Positions 8,888 through 17,904 of a DNA stretch of 64,000 bases are shown piece by piece. Numbering within the stretch: the first letter of the stretch is position 1; each line of letters begins with the position of its first letter. Origin of the DNA: an uncultured archaeon. Its GTDB lineage: Archaea; Hadarchaeota; Hadarchaeia; Hadarchaeales; WYZ-LMO6. The stretch is from the NCBI GenBank assembly GCA_938074535.1, contig CALJER010000008.1, positions 23,523-87,522 of the forward strand, written 5' to 3'. Under the pieces are notes generated by a model, which ran no database searches, was not told the DNA's origin, and was given only the letters and a program-made list of their open reading frames with translations. Position numbers and translations under genes: made by a program.

Positions 8888-10417
8888 ATGGAGCTGGCCA
8901 AGCGCAGGGGCTTCCTCTGGCCCTCTTTCGAGCTCTACGGAGGGGCCAGCGGCTTCTACGACTTCGGCCCCCTGGGCAGCACCCTGAAGAACAAGATTGT
9001 GGAGAAGTGGAGGGAGCACTTCGTGAGGAGGGAGGACTCGCTGGAGATCGACTCCCCCACCCTCACCCCTGAGGAGGTCTTGAGAGCCAGCGGACACCTG
9101 GAGCACTTCGTGGACCTCATGAGCGAGTGCGGGAAGTGCGGGCAGTCCTTCAAAATCTCCGAGCTGGTGAAGGAGAGGACCGGGCTGGATGTGGAGGGGA
9201 AGCCGAGGGAGGAGGTGGAGGCCCTGCTGGAGGAGAAGGGGATCACCTGCCCGGACTGCGGCGGGAGGCTGGGGAAGGTCCTCGAGTTCAACACCATGTT
9301 CAGAACCACCATAGGGCCTGGGGGGAGGAAGGTGGGATACCTCAGGCCCGAGACGGCGCAGGGGATCTTCGTGGACTTCAGGCGCCTTTGGAGGCACGGA
9401 AGGGAGAGGCTCCCCCTCCCCGTGGCGCAGATAGGGAAGGGCTACAGAAACGAGATCTCCCCCAGGCAGGGGATGATAAGGCTCAGGGAGTTCACCATGG
9501 CGGAGCTGGAGGTCTTCTTCGATCCGGAGAACCCCACCCATCCTTCCTTCGGGAAGGTGGCGGGGGAGAGGCTCAGGCTCTGGAGGGCCGAGGACGAGAT
9601 GAAGGGGGAGGAGAGGATGGTGGAGGTGAGCGCTCGGGAGGCGGTGGAGAAGGGGATGGTCTGCCACCAGCTGATGGCCTACTACCTGGCCCTCACCAAG
9701 CGCTTCCTGATGGACCTTGGGTTGCCCGAAGAGCGCCTCAGGTTCCGGGAGCAGACACCAGGACAGAGGGCCCACTACTCCAGGGAAACCTGGGACGCCG
9801 AGGTCAGGACGGAAAGATTCGGCTGGGTGGAGGTGGCGGGAATAGCCTACCGGACGGACTACGACCTTTCCAGGCACGCCGAAGCCAGCGGGGAGAGCCT
9901 CTCCGTGGTCCTGCAGCCGGGAAAGAGAAAGGTGGTGTGCCACGTGGTGGAGCCCTCCTTCGGCATAGACAGGATCTTCTACTGCGTGCTGGAGACGGCG
10001 TACCTGCAGGGAAGGAAGGGGCTGAGGTTCAAGAAAGAGCTCTCCCCCCTGGAGGTGGGTGTCTTCCCCCTCCTCCGCAGGGACGGTCTGCCGGAGAAGG
10101 CCAGGGAGGTGGCGGAGCTGCTGAAGCAGAGGGGGTTCTGGACGGAGTACGACGAGGCGGGGTCCATCGGGAGAAGGTACGCCAGGGCGGACGAGGTGGG
10201 CATCCCCTACTGCGTCACGGTCGACCACCGCACCCTCTCCGACGGCACCGTGACCATCAGGGAGCGGGAAACCGCCAGGCAGGTGAGGACGCCCCTGGAA
10301 AAGCTCCCCTCCGTTCTTTCCTCCCTCCTGAAGGACGAGCTGAGGTTCGAGGAAGCCGGGACCCCCCTAGAGGAGAAAGAGGAGGGGGAAGAGGAGGAAG
10401 AGGGAGAAGAGGGTTAA
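8888..10417 (+). CDS. glyS: Glycyl-tRNA synthetase (archaeal/eukaryotic-type class II)
   Basis: MELAKRRGFLWPSFELYGGASGFYDFGPLG N-terminus, class II motifs and a Zn-ribbon insertion. The C-terminus is a poly-Glu tail. Confidence 0.9.
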   Translation: MELAKRRGFLWPSFELYGGASGFYDFGPLGSTLKNKIVEKWREHFVRREDSLEIDSPTLTPEEVLRASGHLEHFVDLMSECGKCGQSFKISELVKERTGLDVEGKPREEVEALLEEKGITCPDCGGRLGKVLEFNTMFRTTIGPGGRKVGYLRPETAQGIFVDFRRLWRHGRERLPLPVAQIGKGYRNEISPRQGMIRLREFTMAELEVFFDPENPTHPSFGKVAGERLRLWRAEDEMKGEERMVEVSAREAVEKGMVCHQLMAYYLALTKRFLMDLGLPEERLRFREQTPGQRAHYSRETWDAEVRTERFGWVEVAGIAYRTDYDLSRHAEASGESLSVVLQPGKRKVVCHVVEPSFGIDRIFYCVLETAYLQGRKGLRFKKELSPLEVGVFPLLRRDGLPEKAREVAELLKQRGFWTEYDEAGSIGRRYARADEVGIPYCVTVDHRTLSDGTVTIRERETARQVRTPLEKLPSVLSSLLKDELRFEEAGTPLEEKEEGEEEEEGEEG

Positions 10418-11293
10418 GAACATCACCGCCGCCCCGTAGAGACCCTCCTCGCTCCTGTAGGTGTGGGCCAGGATCAGGTTGAAGGCGGCGGGAGGCATGA
10501 GGGAGAGGAGGAGGGAGGGCCTGGGGGAGAGGTCGGAGGCAAAGTTCAGGTCCAGGAGCATCATCGCCAGGATGGTGATGGCCGGGGAGAGCAGGAACCT
10601 CGCCGCCCCTATCACGACCAGCTCCTCTTTGTACTTCCCCGCTCCAACCACCTCCAAGCAGTAGCCCGCGAAGAGCAGCATCAGGAAGAAGAAGGGCCCG
10701 GCCAGGTAGGTGTCGAAGAAAGCACCCACCTCCTCGGGAAGGGGGGCACCCACCGCCACGAAGACCGAGGCGAAGAGGAGGGCCAGGAGGGGCGGAAAGC
10801 CCGTGAAATAATCGAGGAGGTGCCTCCTCCCCCCCGACAGGGAGGAGAGCAGGAAGACGCCCACCAGCAGGTTGGGGACGGCCACGGCCACGGCGTAGAA
10901 GCTGGCCGGGAGCAGGTACTCGGTCCCTAGGAGGGCGTACACCAGGGGCAAACCAAGGTGGCCCACGTTCATGAAAGCCGAGTTCAGGACCACGCCCACC
11001 GTCCTCTCCCTCCTCAGCCCCGCCAGGAGGCAGAGCCCGGTGGAAAAGAGGAAGCATCCCCCCACCGCCAGGAGGGCCATCCACATGGCCGACAAACCGC
11101 CCAGGAGCTCGGAGGAGGAGTACCGGGCCACGGACACCAGCACCGTGAGGGGCAGAACTACGCACATGATCGCCCACTCCAGCAGGCGGAAGAAGGGAGC
11201 GGTGAGGGGCTCCAGCCTCCCCACCCTCCTGAGCCCCACTCCCGCCAGCAGAGGCGCGAGCAGGTAAAGGGCCGTTCCCAGGTAGCCAGGCAT
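10367..11293 (-). CDS. Multi-pass membrane transporter, AEC (auxin efflux carrier)-like
   Basis: About 10 predicted TM helices, about 300 aa. Start placed at the internal ATG (MPGYLG...) because the ORF-track start is TTG. Confidence 0.55.
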   Translation of the reverse strand: MPGYLGTALYLLAPLLAGVGLRRVGRLEPLTAPFFRLLEWAIMCVVLPLTVLVSVARYSSSELLGGLSAMWMALLAVGGCFLFSTGLCLLAGLRRERTVGVVLNSAFMNVGHLGLPLVYALLGTEYLLPASFYAVAVAVPNLLVGVFLLSSLSGGRRHLLDYFTGFPPLLALLFASVFVAVGAPLPEEVGAFFDTYLAGPFFFLMLLFAGYCLEVVGAGKYKEELVVIGAARFLLSPAITILAMMLLDLNFASDLSPRPSLLLSLMPPAAFNLILAHTYRSEEGLYGAAVMFLTLFSLFLLFPLLFLL

Positions 11294-11357
11294 CCATCCC
11301 TCCTCTCCCTTCCTCCATAAAGCCAACCCTTATTTTCCCCGAGGGAGAGAAGGAAAG

Positions 11358-11870
11358 ATGGTCAGCCCAAAACCCTCGATGGACGAGTACTTCCTGGAGC
11401 TGGCCAAGGCGGTGAGCCTGAGGTCCACCTGCCTGAGGAGGAAATTCGGGGCCATCATCGTGAGGGACGGGGTGGTGCTGAGCTCAGGCTACAACGGAGC
11501 GGCGCGGAAGGTAAGGGAGTGCAGGGAGGTGGGCATCTGCCTCAAGGAGCTGGTGAAGGCGCCCCACGGGGAGGGCTACGATGTCTGCCCGGCCGTCCAT
11601 GCCGAGGCCAACGCCCTCGTCAACGCCGCCAGATCAGGCGTGAGCATCCTGGGGGGAACCATGTACCTGCACGGCCAGGACATGCAGGGGAGGGTGGTGG
11701 AGGGGAAGCCCTGCACCTTCTGCCGGAGGCTCCTGATAAACTCCGGCATCGAGAAAATCGTGTTCAGGAGGGAGGACGGCACGATGGGCTGCTACGACAT
11801 CAAGGAGTGGGTGAGGGACGAGTCGCTGGACCACCAGAGGAAGGTCCAGCAGTACACGGGTAAGGGGTAG
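11358..11870 (+). CDS. dCMP/cytidine deaminase family protein (zinc-binding HAE...PCxxC)
   Basis: VHAEANAL and PCTFCRRL motifs. Confidence 0.8.
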   Translation: MVSPKPSMDEYFLELAKAVSLRSTCLRRKFGAIIVRDGVVLSSGYNGAARKVRECREVGICLKELVKAPHGEGYDVCPAVHAEANALVNAARSGVSILGGTMYLHGQDMQGRVVEGKPCTFCRRLLINSGIEKIVFRREDGTMGCYDIKEWVRDESLDHQRKVQQYTGKG

Positions 11871-11871
11871 T

Positions 11872-12564
11872 TCAGAGGTACCTGCTGTCCTCCGGGTACT
11901 TGGAGTAGACGTAGTTCAGCAGGTCCCTGAGCCTCATCTCGTTGAACTTCTTCAGCTCCTCCATCTTCTTCCTGACCTCCTCCGGCAGGGTGCTGAGGAA
12001 CTCCTCCGCCAGTTTTTCTCCCCTGGCGGTCAGGGAGCAGGACACCACCTCAGCGCCTTCCCTCTCCACCTCCACCAGCCCCGCCTTCTCCAGCTCCAGC
12101 ACGGTGTCGGACACCTCCACGGAGTACGGGCCGTGGAGGTGGGGCAGGAAGCGGAAGGGGAGGGAGTCCACCCCCTGCTCCCTCTTGAGGAGGAAGAGGA
12201 GCTTCTGGAGCCTCACGCTCCCCTCCACTTCCCCCCCCAAGGTGCGGAGGAGAACCGAAACCCACTTCTCCCTTTCCCCCACCTTCCTCTCCCTCCCCTT
12301 CGACGGTCTGGAAACCGCCGACATCTCCTGCTTCAGGAGGATGGCCATCTCCACCCCCTGGGGGGTGAGCCTCAGGATCCTCCGGAAGGGCCACACCTTG
12401 GACTCCTCCTCCTCGATCAGGCCCTCCTTCATGAGCTCCCTGATGCGCGTCTCCACCGTGAGGGAGCTCCCCTTCACCTCGGCCTGAAGTTCCCTGACGT
12501 GCTTTGGCCCCCGGAGGAGGCTGAGGAGAATCTCTGGGGCCTTGCTTCTCCTCAACCTGTACAT
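11872..12564 (-). CDS. Two-domain winged-helix regulator (N-terminal wHTH; C-terminal KLQKLLFL...GPY motif resembling Panacea/DUF4065)
   Basis: The N-terminus LSLLRGPKHVRELQAEV...LIEEEE is wHTH-like. The C-terminal RLQKLLFLLKREQG...FRFLPHLHGPYSVEV resembles the DUF4065 consensus. Divergent from nrdG-nrdD. Confidence 0.5.
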   Translation of the reverse strand: MYRLRRSKAPEILLSLLRGPKHVRELQAEVKGSSLTVETRIRELMKEGLIEEEESKVWPFRRILRLTPQGVEMAILLKQEMSAVSRPSKGRERKVGEREKWVSVLLRTLGGEVEGSVRLQKLLFLLKREQGVDSLPFRFLPHLHGPYSVEVSDTVLELEKAGLVEVEREGAEVVSCSLTARGEKLAEEFLSTLPEEVRKKMEELKKFNEMRLRDLLNYVYSKYPEDSRYL

Positions 12565-12744
12565 TCAGAGAATGTTACAGGAAATGTAACGTTTATACCT
12601 TACCCTGCCGCTCCCAGCTCCTGAGCTGACCTTCTGTGTCCGCTCTGCCCTGTATGGCACACCAATACCATATTCTACAACACCACAATAACGTTTTTAA
12701 GAAGCGTTACGTGTTTTAAAAATGATAACACGGAGGGAGGTTGG
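12565..12744. promoter_or_regulatory. AT-rich divergent promoter region with two TATA boxes, each abutted by a GTAACG/CGTTAC motif
   Basis: TTTATAC (12592-12598) is about 30 nt from the regulator start; TTTTAAAAAT (12714-12723) is about 25 nt from nrdG TTG 12745. GTAACG occurs at 12586-12591, TAACG at 12690-12694 and CGTTACG at 12704-12710. Inverted repeat TGTTACA-N5-TGTAAC at 12573-12590. Confidence 0.55.
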
Positions 12745-13491
12745 TTGGGGGTTCTGCTCGAAGAAGTGGTGACCTTCCCTCCCCCCCTAGAGCCCGTGTG
12801 GGGGGGCTTCCAGAAGCTCTCTTTGCTGGACTACCCCGCAAAGGTGGCCTCGGTGCTCTTCGTGAGGGGGTGCAACTTTCGATGCCCCTTCTGCTACAAC
12901 ACCGAGCTGGTCGGGGGACCGCCCGAAAAGGAGCTCCCCTGGAAGGAGATCCTGGGATACCTGAAGAAGAGGAAGGAGTGGCTGGACGGAGTGGTCATCA
13001 CGGGTGGCGAACCCACCCTCTACTCGGGGCTTCCGGGGTACCTGAGGGAGCTGAAGGGGATGGGGCTGAGCGTGAAGCTCGACACCAACGGCTCCAACCC
13101 GGACATGCTGGGGGAGCTCCTGAGGGAGGGCCTGGTGGACTACGTGGCCATGGACGTGAAGGCGCCGCTGAGGGAGGAGGCGTACGCCAGGGCGGCGGGG
13201 GTGAAGGTCCGCCTGGAGGACGTGAGGAGGAGCCTCTCCCTTCTCCTCTCCTCCGGGGTGGAGTACGAGCTCAGGACCACCGTGGTGCCTACCCTGCTCG
13301 GGGAGAAGGACCTCTTGGAGATAGCGGAGGAGATAAGGGGGGCCAGGAGGTACTACCTGCAGCAGTTCAGGCGCACCTCCACCCACGTGGACGAGCGCTT
13401 CTCCCAGATCCACCCCTACCCCAGGGAGTTCCTGGAGGAGGTCGCGAGGCGGATCTCGGGCTGCTTCGGTAAGTGCGGGGTGAGGGGATGA
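12745..13491 (+). CDS. nrdG: Anaerobic ribonucleoside-triphosphate reductase activating protein (radical SAM)
   Basis: CNFRCPFC cluster and the LLDYPAKVASVLFVRGCN signature. TTG start. Its TGA overlaps the nrdD ATG (ATGA). Confidence 0.8.
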   Translation: MGVLLEEVVTFPPPLEPVWGGFQKLSLLDYPAKVASVLFVRGCNFRCPFCYNTELVGGPPEKELPWKEILGYLKKRKEWLDGVVITGGEPTLYSGLPGYLRELKGMGLSVKLDTNGSNPDMLGELLREGLVDYVAMDVKAPLREEAYARAAGVKVRLEDVRRSLSLLLSSGVEYELRTTVVPTLLGEKDLLEIAEEIRGARRYYLQQFRRTSTHVDERFSQIHPYPREFLEEVARRISGCFGKCGVRG

Positions 13492-15560
13492 TCAAGAAGC
13501 TCAGGAAGAGGGACGGGACGCTGCAGGAGTTCGAGCCGGACAGGATAGGGGAGGCCATAAGGAAGGCGGCGGAGGCGCAGGGGCTCTTGGACTTCGAGGG
13601 GGAGGCGAGGAGGCTGCAGGGGCTGGTGGTGCGCAGGCTGGAGGAGAAGGGGTACGGGGAGGAGAGGCCCCCGGACGTGGAGGGGATACAGGACGAGGTG
13701 GAGGAAGTGCTGAGGGAGGAGGGCTACGGGACGCTGGCGGAGAGGTACCACGAGTACAGGAGGAGGCACGACGAGCTCAGGAGGAGCAGGAGCACGGTGT
13801 TCGACGTGGGGAAGATGGTGGAGGAGTTCATAGGGTACAGGGACTGGAGGGTGAGGGAGAACGCCAACCTCAGGCCTTCTATTTCTTCCATGATGTTCAA
13901 CTCGGCGGGGGCGGTGAACGCCAGGTACCTCCTGGACAAGGTCTACCCGCCGGAGGTCAGCGACGCCCACACGGACGGGGACCTGCACCTCCACGACCTC
14001 TACCAGGGCGTCTGCGGGTACTGCTGCGGGCACTCGATGGAGGACATACTGACGAAGGGGCTGGTGAGCGTGGGGAACAACCCCCACTCCAACCCTCCGA
14101 AGCACCTGGACGTGGCCCTGATGCAGGCGGTGAACTACATAGGGGTGATGACGCAGGAGTGGGCGGGGGCGCAGGCCTTCTCCTGGGTGGACGCCTATTT
14201 GGCGCCCTTCATCAGGGAGGACGGGCTGAGCTACAGGCAGCTCAAGCAGCTCCTCCAGATGTTCGTGTACAACCTGAACGTGACCTCCAGGTGGGGTGGG
14301 CAGAGCCCCTTCTCCAACGTGACGCTGGCCTGCGGGGTGCCGGAGCCCCTGAGGGACAGGCCGGCGGTGGTGGGGGGGAGAACCCTGGACAGGACGTACG
14401 AGGAGTACGAGGAGGAAATAGAGATGTTCGACAAAGCCTTCCTCGAGGTGCTGCTCGAGGGGGACGCAGCGGGCAGGCCCTTCACCTTCCCCATTCCCAC
14501 CTTCGCCATCACCGGGGACTTCCCCTGGGAGGACGGGCTCAGCAGCCTCCTCTTTGGGGTGGCGGCGAAGTACGGGCTGCCCTACTTCCAGAACTTCGTG
14601 AGGAGCGACCTGAGCCCCTGGCAGGTCTATTCCATGTGCTGCAGGCTCTCCCTGGACCTGAGGGAGCTGCAGAGGAACGTGACGGGGGGGCTCTTCGGGT
14701 CCAGCCCGAAGACGGGGAGCGTGGGCGTGGTCACCATCAACCTCTCCAGGGCGGGGTACCTGGCGAAGGGGAGCGAGGAGGAGCTCTTCAGGAGGCTGAG
14801 GTACATGTGCATCCTGGCCGGGAGGGCGCTGGAGCACAAGAGGAGGATCGTGGAGAGGAACATCCAGGCGGGCCTCCTCCCGTACACGAAGGAGTACTTC
14901 GGGGACCTGAGCAGGCACTTCTCCACCATAGGGGTGGTGGGGGGGCACGAGATGTGCCTGAACATGGGGATAGAGGGGGGAATAGCGAGCAGGGAGGGGG
15001 CGGAGCTGTGCAGGAGGGTGCTGGAGTTCCTCAGGGGGGAGTGCAGGAGGCTGCAGGAGGAGACCGGGCACCTCTACAACCTGGAGGCCACGCCGGCGGA
15101 GGGGGTGAGCTACAGGCTGGCAAGGCTGGACAGGAGGAAGTTCGGGGCCTCCATACGCACGAGCGGGGAGAGGGAGCCCTTCTACACCAACTCCACCCAG
15201 CTGCCGGTGGACTCCGACCTGGACCTGGTGGACGCGCTCAGGCACCAGGAGCCCCTCCAGACCCTGTACACGGGGGGAACGGTGTTCCACATCTACCTGG
15301 GAGAGAGCCTGGAGGAGGGGGAGAGCTGCAGGAGCCTCATGAGGAAGGTCACCTCCAGGACCAGGCTGCCCTACTTCACCCTCACGCCCACCTACTCCAT
15401 ATGCGGCGGCCACGGGCTGCTGAGGGGGGAGCAGCCCTCCTGCCCGGTGTGCGGGAGGGAGACGGACGTGTACTCCAGGGTGGTGGGGTACTACCGACCG
15501 GTCAAGAACTGGAACGCAGGGAAGCAGGAGGAGTTCAGGCTGAGGAGGAAATACAGCTGA
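13488..15560 (+). CDS. nrdD: Anaerobic ribonucleoside-triphosphate reductase, class III (glycyl radical enzyme)
   Basis: ATP-cone N-terminus, a C-terminal Zn ribbon (C...C...CPVCG) and the glycyl-radical motif RVVGYYRPV. Confidence 0.9.
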   Translation: MIKKLRKRDGTLQEFEPDRIGEAIRKAAEAQGLLDFEGEARRLQGLVVRRLEEKGYGEERPPDVEGIQDEVEEVLREEGYGTLAERYHEYRRRHDELRRSRSTVFDVGKMVEEFIGYRDWRVRENANLRPSISSMMFNSAGAVNARYLLDKVYPPEVSDAHTDGDLHLHDLYQGVCGYCCGHSMEDILTKGLVSVGNNPHSNPPKHLDVALMQAVNYIGVMTQEWAGAQAFSWVDAYLAPFIREDGLSYRQLKQLLQMFVYNLNVTSRWGGQSPFSNVTLACGVPEPLRDRPAVVGGRTLDRTYEEYEEEIEMFDKAFLEVLLEGDAAGRPFTFPIPTFAITGDFPWEDGLSSLLFGVAAKYGLPYFQNFVRSDLSPWQVYSMCCRLSLDLRELQRNVTGGLFGSSPKTGSVGVVTINLSRAGYLAKGSEEELFRRLRYMCILAGRALEHKRRIVERNIQAGLLPYTKEYFGDLSRHFSTIGVVGGHEMCLNMGIEGGIASREGAELCRRVLEFLRGECRRLQEETGHLYNLEATPAEGVSYRLARLDRRKFGASIRTSGEREPFYTNSTQLPVDSDLDLVDALRHQEPLQTLYTGGTVFHIYLGESLEEGESCRSLMRKVTSRTRLPYFTLTPTYSICGGHGLLRGEQPSCPVCGRETDVYSRVVGYYRPVKNWNAGKQEEFRLRRKYS

Positions 15561-15678
15561 TCACGATCCCCCCACTGACCTCCAAGGGGGTAAAAAGGCG
15601 GGGGCAACATCCCCCTGCGAGGGGGTAAGGTTGCCCCCTGCCTCCCCTCGTGTCGGACGCGCACGCACCCTTACGGCT
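15561..15678. terminator. GC-rich nested hairpins between convergent nrdD and the CooC-like gene
   Basis: GGGGGCAAC...GTTGCCCCC encloses CCCCTgcgAGGGG; also CCCCC-N12-GGGGG. Function unproven. Confidence 0.3.
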
Positions 15679-16413
15679 TCAGGGGGGTAGATACCCCAGT
15701 CTCCGGAGGAGTTCCCCCACCCCCAGCAGGGCCGGGGCATCCCCGCGCAGCTGGAAGATGGTTCGCCCCTCCCTGTCCAGCTCCTCCACCTCTTTGTCCT
15801 CCGGCACCCTCCCAAGGACTTCCATGCCTACAGGTACCTCCACCTCCTCCCCCCCCTTCATCCTGTTCAGAACCAGCCCCGCCCTCCTGTACTTCACCGC
15901 CCCCCTGTCCGCCACCCCCTTTATGGTGAAAGCCACTCCCAGCGACCTGGGAGAGGGGTCGGAGACCAGCAGTAGGTCATCCACCTCCCTCATCACCCTC
16001 CGGTTGATCTGCTCCACCCCGGCCTCCCCGTCTATCACCACCACCTCGAAGCTCCTGGAGACCGAGGTGAGGATCTCCCTCAGCAGCTCGTTGACCCTGC
16101 AGTAGCATCCCTCCTCCTCGGGCCTCCCCATCGCCAGCAGCGAGAATCCCCTCCTCTCCTCCATCACCCCCAGCACCCCGTAGTCCAGGGAGAGGGCGAG
16201 CTCCTCCCGGCTCACCTTTCCCAGGGAGGAGATCCATTCCCTCCTCAGGTCCTCCACCGTCCTCCTCACCTCCACCCCCAGGGCCTGGGAGAGACCCGAG
16301 GAGGGATCCGCATCCACCGCGAGCACCCTCCTCCGGCCACCCTCCACCAGCAGCCGCAGGGAGGCTGAGGCCAGGAAGGTCTTCCCCACGCCCCCCTTCC
16401 CGCAGAAAACCAT
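15679..16413 (-). CDS. CooC/AcsF-family (MinD/ParA-type) P-loop ATPase with CXC metal-binding motif
   Basis: Deviant Walker A CGKGGVGKT near the N-terminus and EEGCYCRVNEL (C-x-C) as in Ni-insertion ATPase CooC. Last gene of the HgdAB-like operon. ATG at 16413 preferred over GTG 16428. Confidence 0.7.
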   Translation of the reverse strand: MVFCGKGGVGKTFLASASLRLLVEGGRRRVLAVDADPSSGLSQALGVEVRRTVEDLRREWISSLGKVSREELALSLDYGVLGVMEERRGFSLLAMGRPEEEGCYCRVNELLREILTSVSRSFEVVVIDGEAGVEQINRRVMREVDDLLLVSDPSPRSLGVAFTIKGVADRGAVKYRRAGLVLNRMKGGEEVEVPVGMEVLGRVPEDKEVEELDREGRTIFQLRGDAPALLGVGELLRRLGYLPP

Positions 16414-16424
16414 CACCCCTTCCC

Positions 16425-17135
16425 TCACTTCTTCCCCTCCCTCAGCATCCTATCCCTTATCGCCCTGAGCTCCGCCACGCTCCCGCACACCTCCCTGTAG
16501 TCGCATCTGTCGCAGTCCAGCGAAACCTCCTCCACCATCTTGCCCACGGCCCCCGCTATCTTCCTGGCCTTCTCCCCAAACCCCCAGAGGGCCCTCACGC
16601 CCTCCTCGCAGGTGGAGAAGACCACCTCCGCGGAAGACAAGGGGAAGCCGGAGCGCAGGGCCCTCAGGAGGGCCCCCCCCACCACGGAGAGGGAGAGGCC
16701 CCTCTCCACCGCCTCCCTGCTCACCCTGCTCCAGGCCTTCAGCTGGGAGGGCAGGCCCCTGACCATGTACCCCCTGAGCCCGATCCTGAGCGGAGCCAGG
16801 TTCAGCCTCCGGTACTCCTCATCCCTGACCTCCCTCGATTCCACCAGACAGAGCTGGGCGAAGGGGACCACGCCCCTCAGCCGCGGCAGGTCCTCCCCCC
16901 ACAGGCTCACCCTCCCCTCCTCCACCAGCCCGGGAGTCTCGGTGAGGAGAACCGAGGAGAAGGAGGGGAGCTCCGGCGGACCGAGCTCCACCCACGTATC
17001 CTCCTTCAGAACCACGCCGGATTCCCCCAGGAAGCCGTCCGGGTCGAGGGGCGTGAGCCTCCTCACCCTCCCCCCGCTTTCTCCCCTTTTCAGAAGCTCC
17101 CGCAGGGACCTCAGGTCCTCATCGAAGAGCTTCAT
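16425..17135 (-). CDS. Hypothetical protein with C-terminal CDRCDYREVC motif
   Basis: No family recognised. Placed between activator ATPase 1 and the CooC-like gene with 4-nt overlaps on both sides. Confidence 0.45.
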   Translation of the reverse strand: MKLFDEDLRSLRELLKRGESGGRVRRLTPLDPDGFLGESGVVLKEDTWVELGPPELPSFSSVLLTETPGLVEEGRVSLWGEDLPRLRGVVPFAQLCLVESREVRDEEYRRLNLAPLRIGLRGYMVRGLPSQLKAWSRVSREAVERGLSLSVVGGALLRALRSGFPLSSAEVVFSTCEEGVRALWGFGEKARKIAGAVGKMVEEVSLDCDRCDYREVCGSVAELRAIRDRMLREGKK

Positions 17136-17904
17136 CCGCCCTCTCCCGCGCGAGCAGGCAGGCCCCGTAGGCCCCCGCCAGGATGGGGTCCAGCGGGAGC
17201 CTCCTCACCTTCCTCCCCAGTTGCTCCTCCAGGGCCCTCACGAAGCTCTCCAGCCTGCTCACCCCTCCGGCCACCACCACCTCCCCCCTCATCCCCACCT
17301 TCCTCACGATGGAGGAGACCCTCCCCGCGATGGCCCTGGTGACGGCGGCCACGACGTCCTGCACCTCCTCCCCCTCGTTCAGGAGGGCCACCACCTCGCT
17401 CTCGGCGAAAACCGTGCACTGGGAGGTGATGGAGAGTTTCTTGGTGGAGCGAGACACCGCCTCGTCCCACTCCTCCAGCCCTATGCCCAGGGCTTCCCCC
17501 AGAAGCTCCAGGAACCTCCCCGCCCCGGCCGCGCACCTGTCGTTCGTCCCGTAGTCCACCACCCTTCCCCCCTCCATCACCGCCACCCTGGTGGTGTTGG
17601 CCCCCACCTCCACCACCGTTCCGGCCTCGGGAACCAGGGAGCTGCACGCCCTGGAAAGGCAGAGAAGGACGGGTCTCTCCTCCCTGACGAAGTCCAGACC
17701 CCTCACCCTCTCCCCCGTCCCCACGCAGTAGGCCACCTCCTCCCACCTCCTCCCGGCACCCTCCAGCGCGAGGGCGAAGGCACGCTCCGCCGTCTCCCTG
17801 GCCCTCGGCCCGGTCTCCAGGACGGCGTGGCCCAGAAGGGAACCATCTTCCATGAGGAGGGCCTTCACCCTCCCGCTCCCCACGTCCAGTCCTCCCACCA
17901 GCAT
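17119..17904 (-). CDS. CoA-substrate-specific enzyme activase (HgdC/BcrA/BcrD/BadF/BadG ATPase family), copy 1
   Basis: ASKHA fold; DRCAAGAGRFLE and CTVFAESEV cluster-ligand cysteines. Its start overlaps the stop of copy 2 (TGATG). Confidence 0.8.
   Translation of the reverse strand: MLVGGLDVGSGRVKALLMEDGSLLGHAVLETGPRARETAERAFALALEGAGRRWEEVAYCVGTGERVRGLDFVREERPVLLCLSRACSSLVPEAGTVVEVGANTTRVAVMEGGRVVDYGTNDRCAAGAGRFLELLGEALGIGLEEWDEAVSRSTKKLSITSQCTVFAESEVVALLNEGEEVQDVVAAVTRAIAGRVSSIVRKVGMRGEVVVAGGVSRLESFVRALEEQLGRKVRRLPLDPILAGAYGACLLARERADEALR

Noticed and set aside
13416-15413. 665-aa minus-strand ORF and 14159..15628 + (489 aa) overlapping nrdD
   Set aside because: Antisense or off-frame shadow ORFs with P/H/R/G-rich composition. 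nrdD shows the glycyl-radical and Zn-ribbon motifs.
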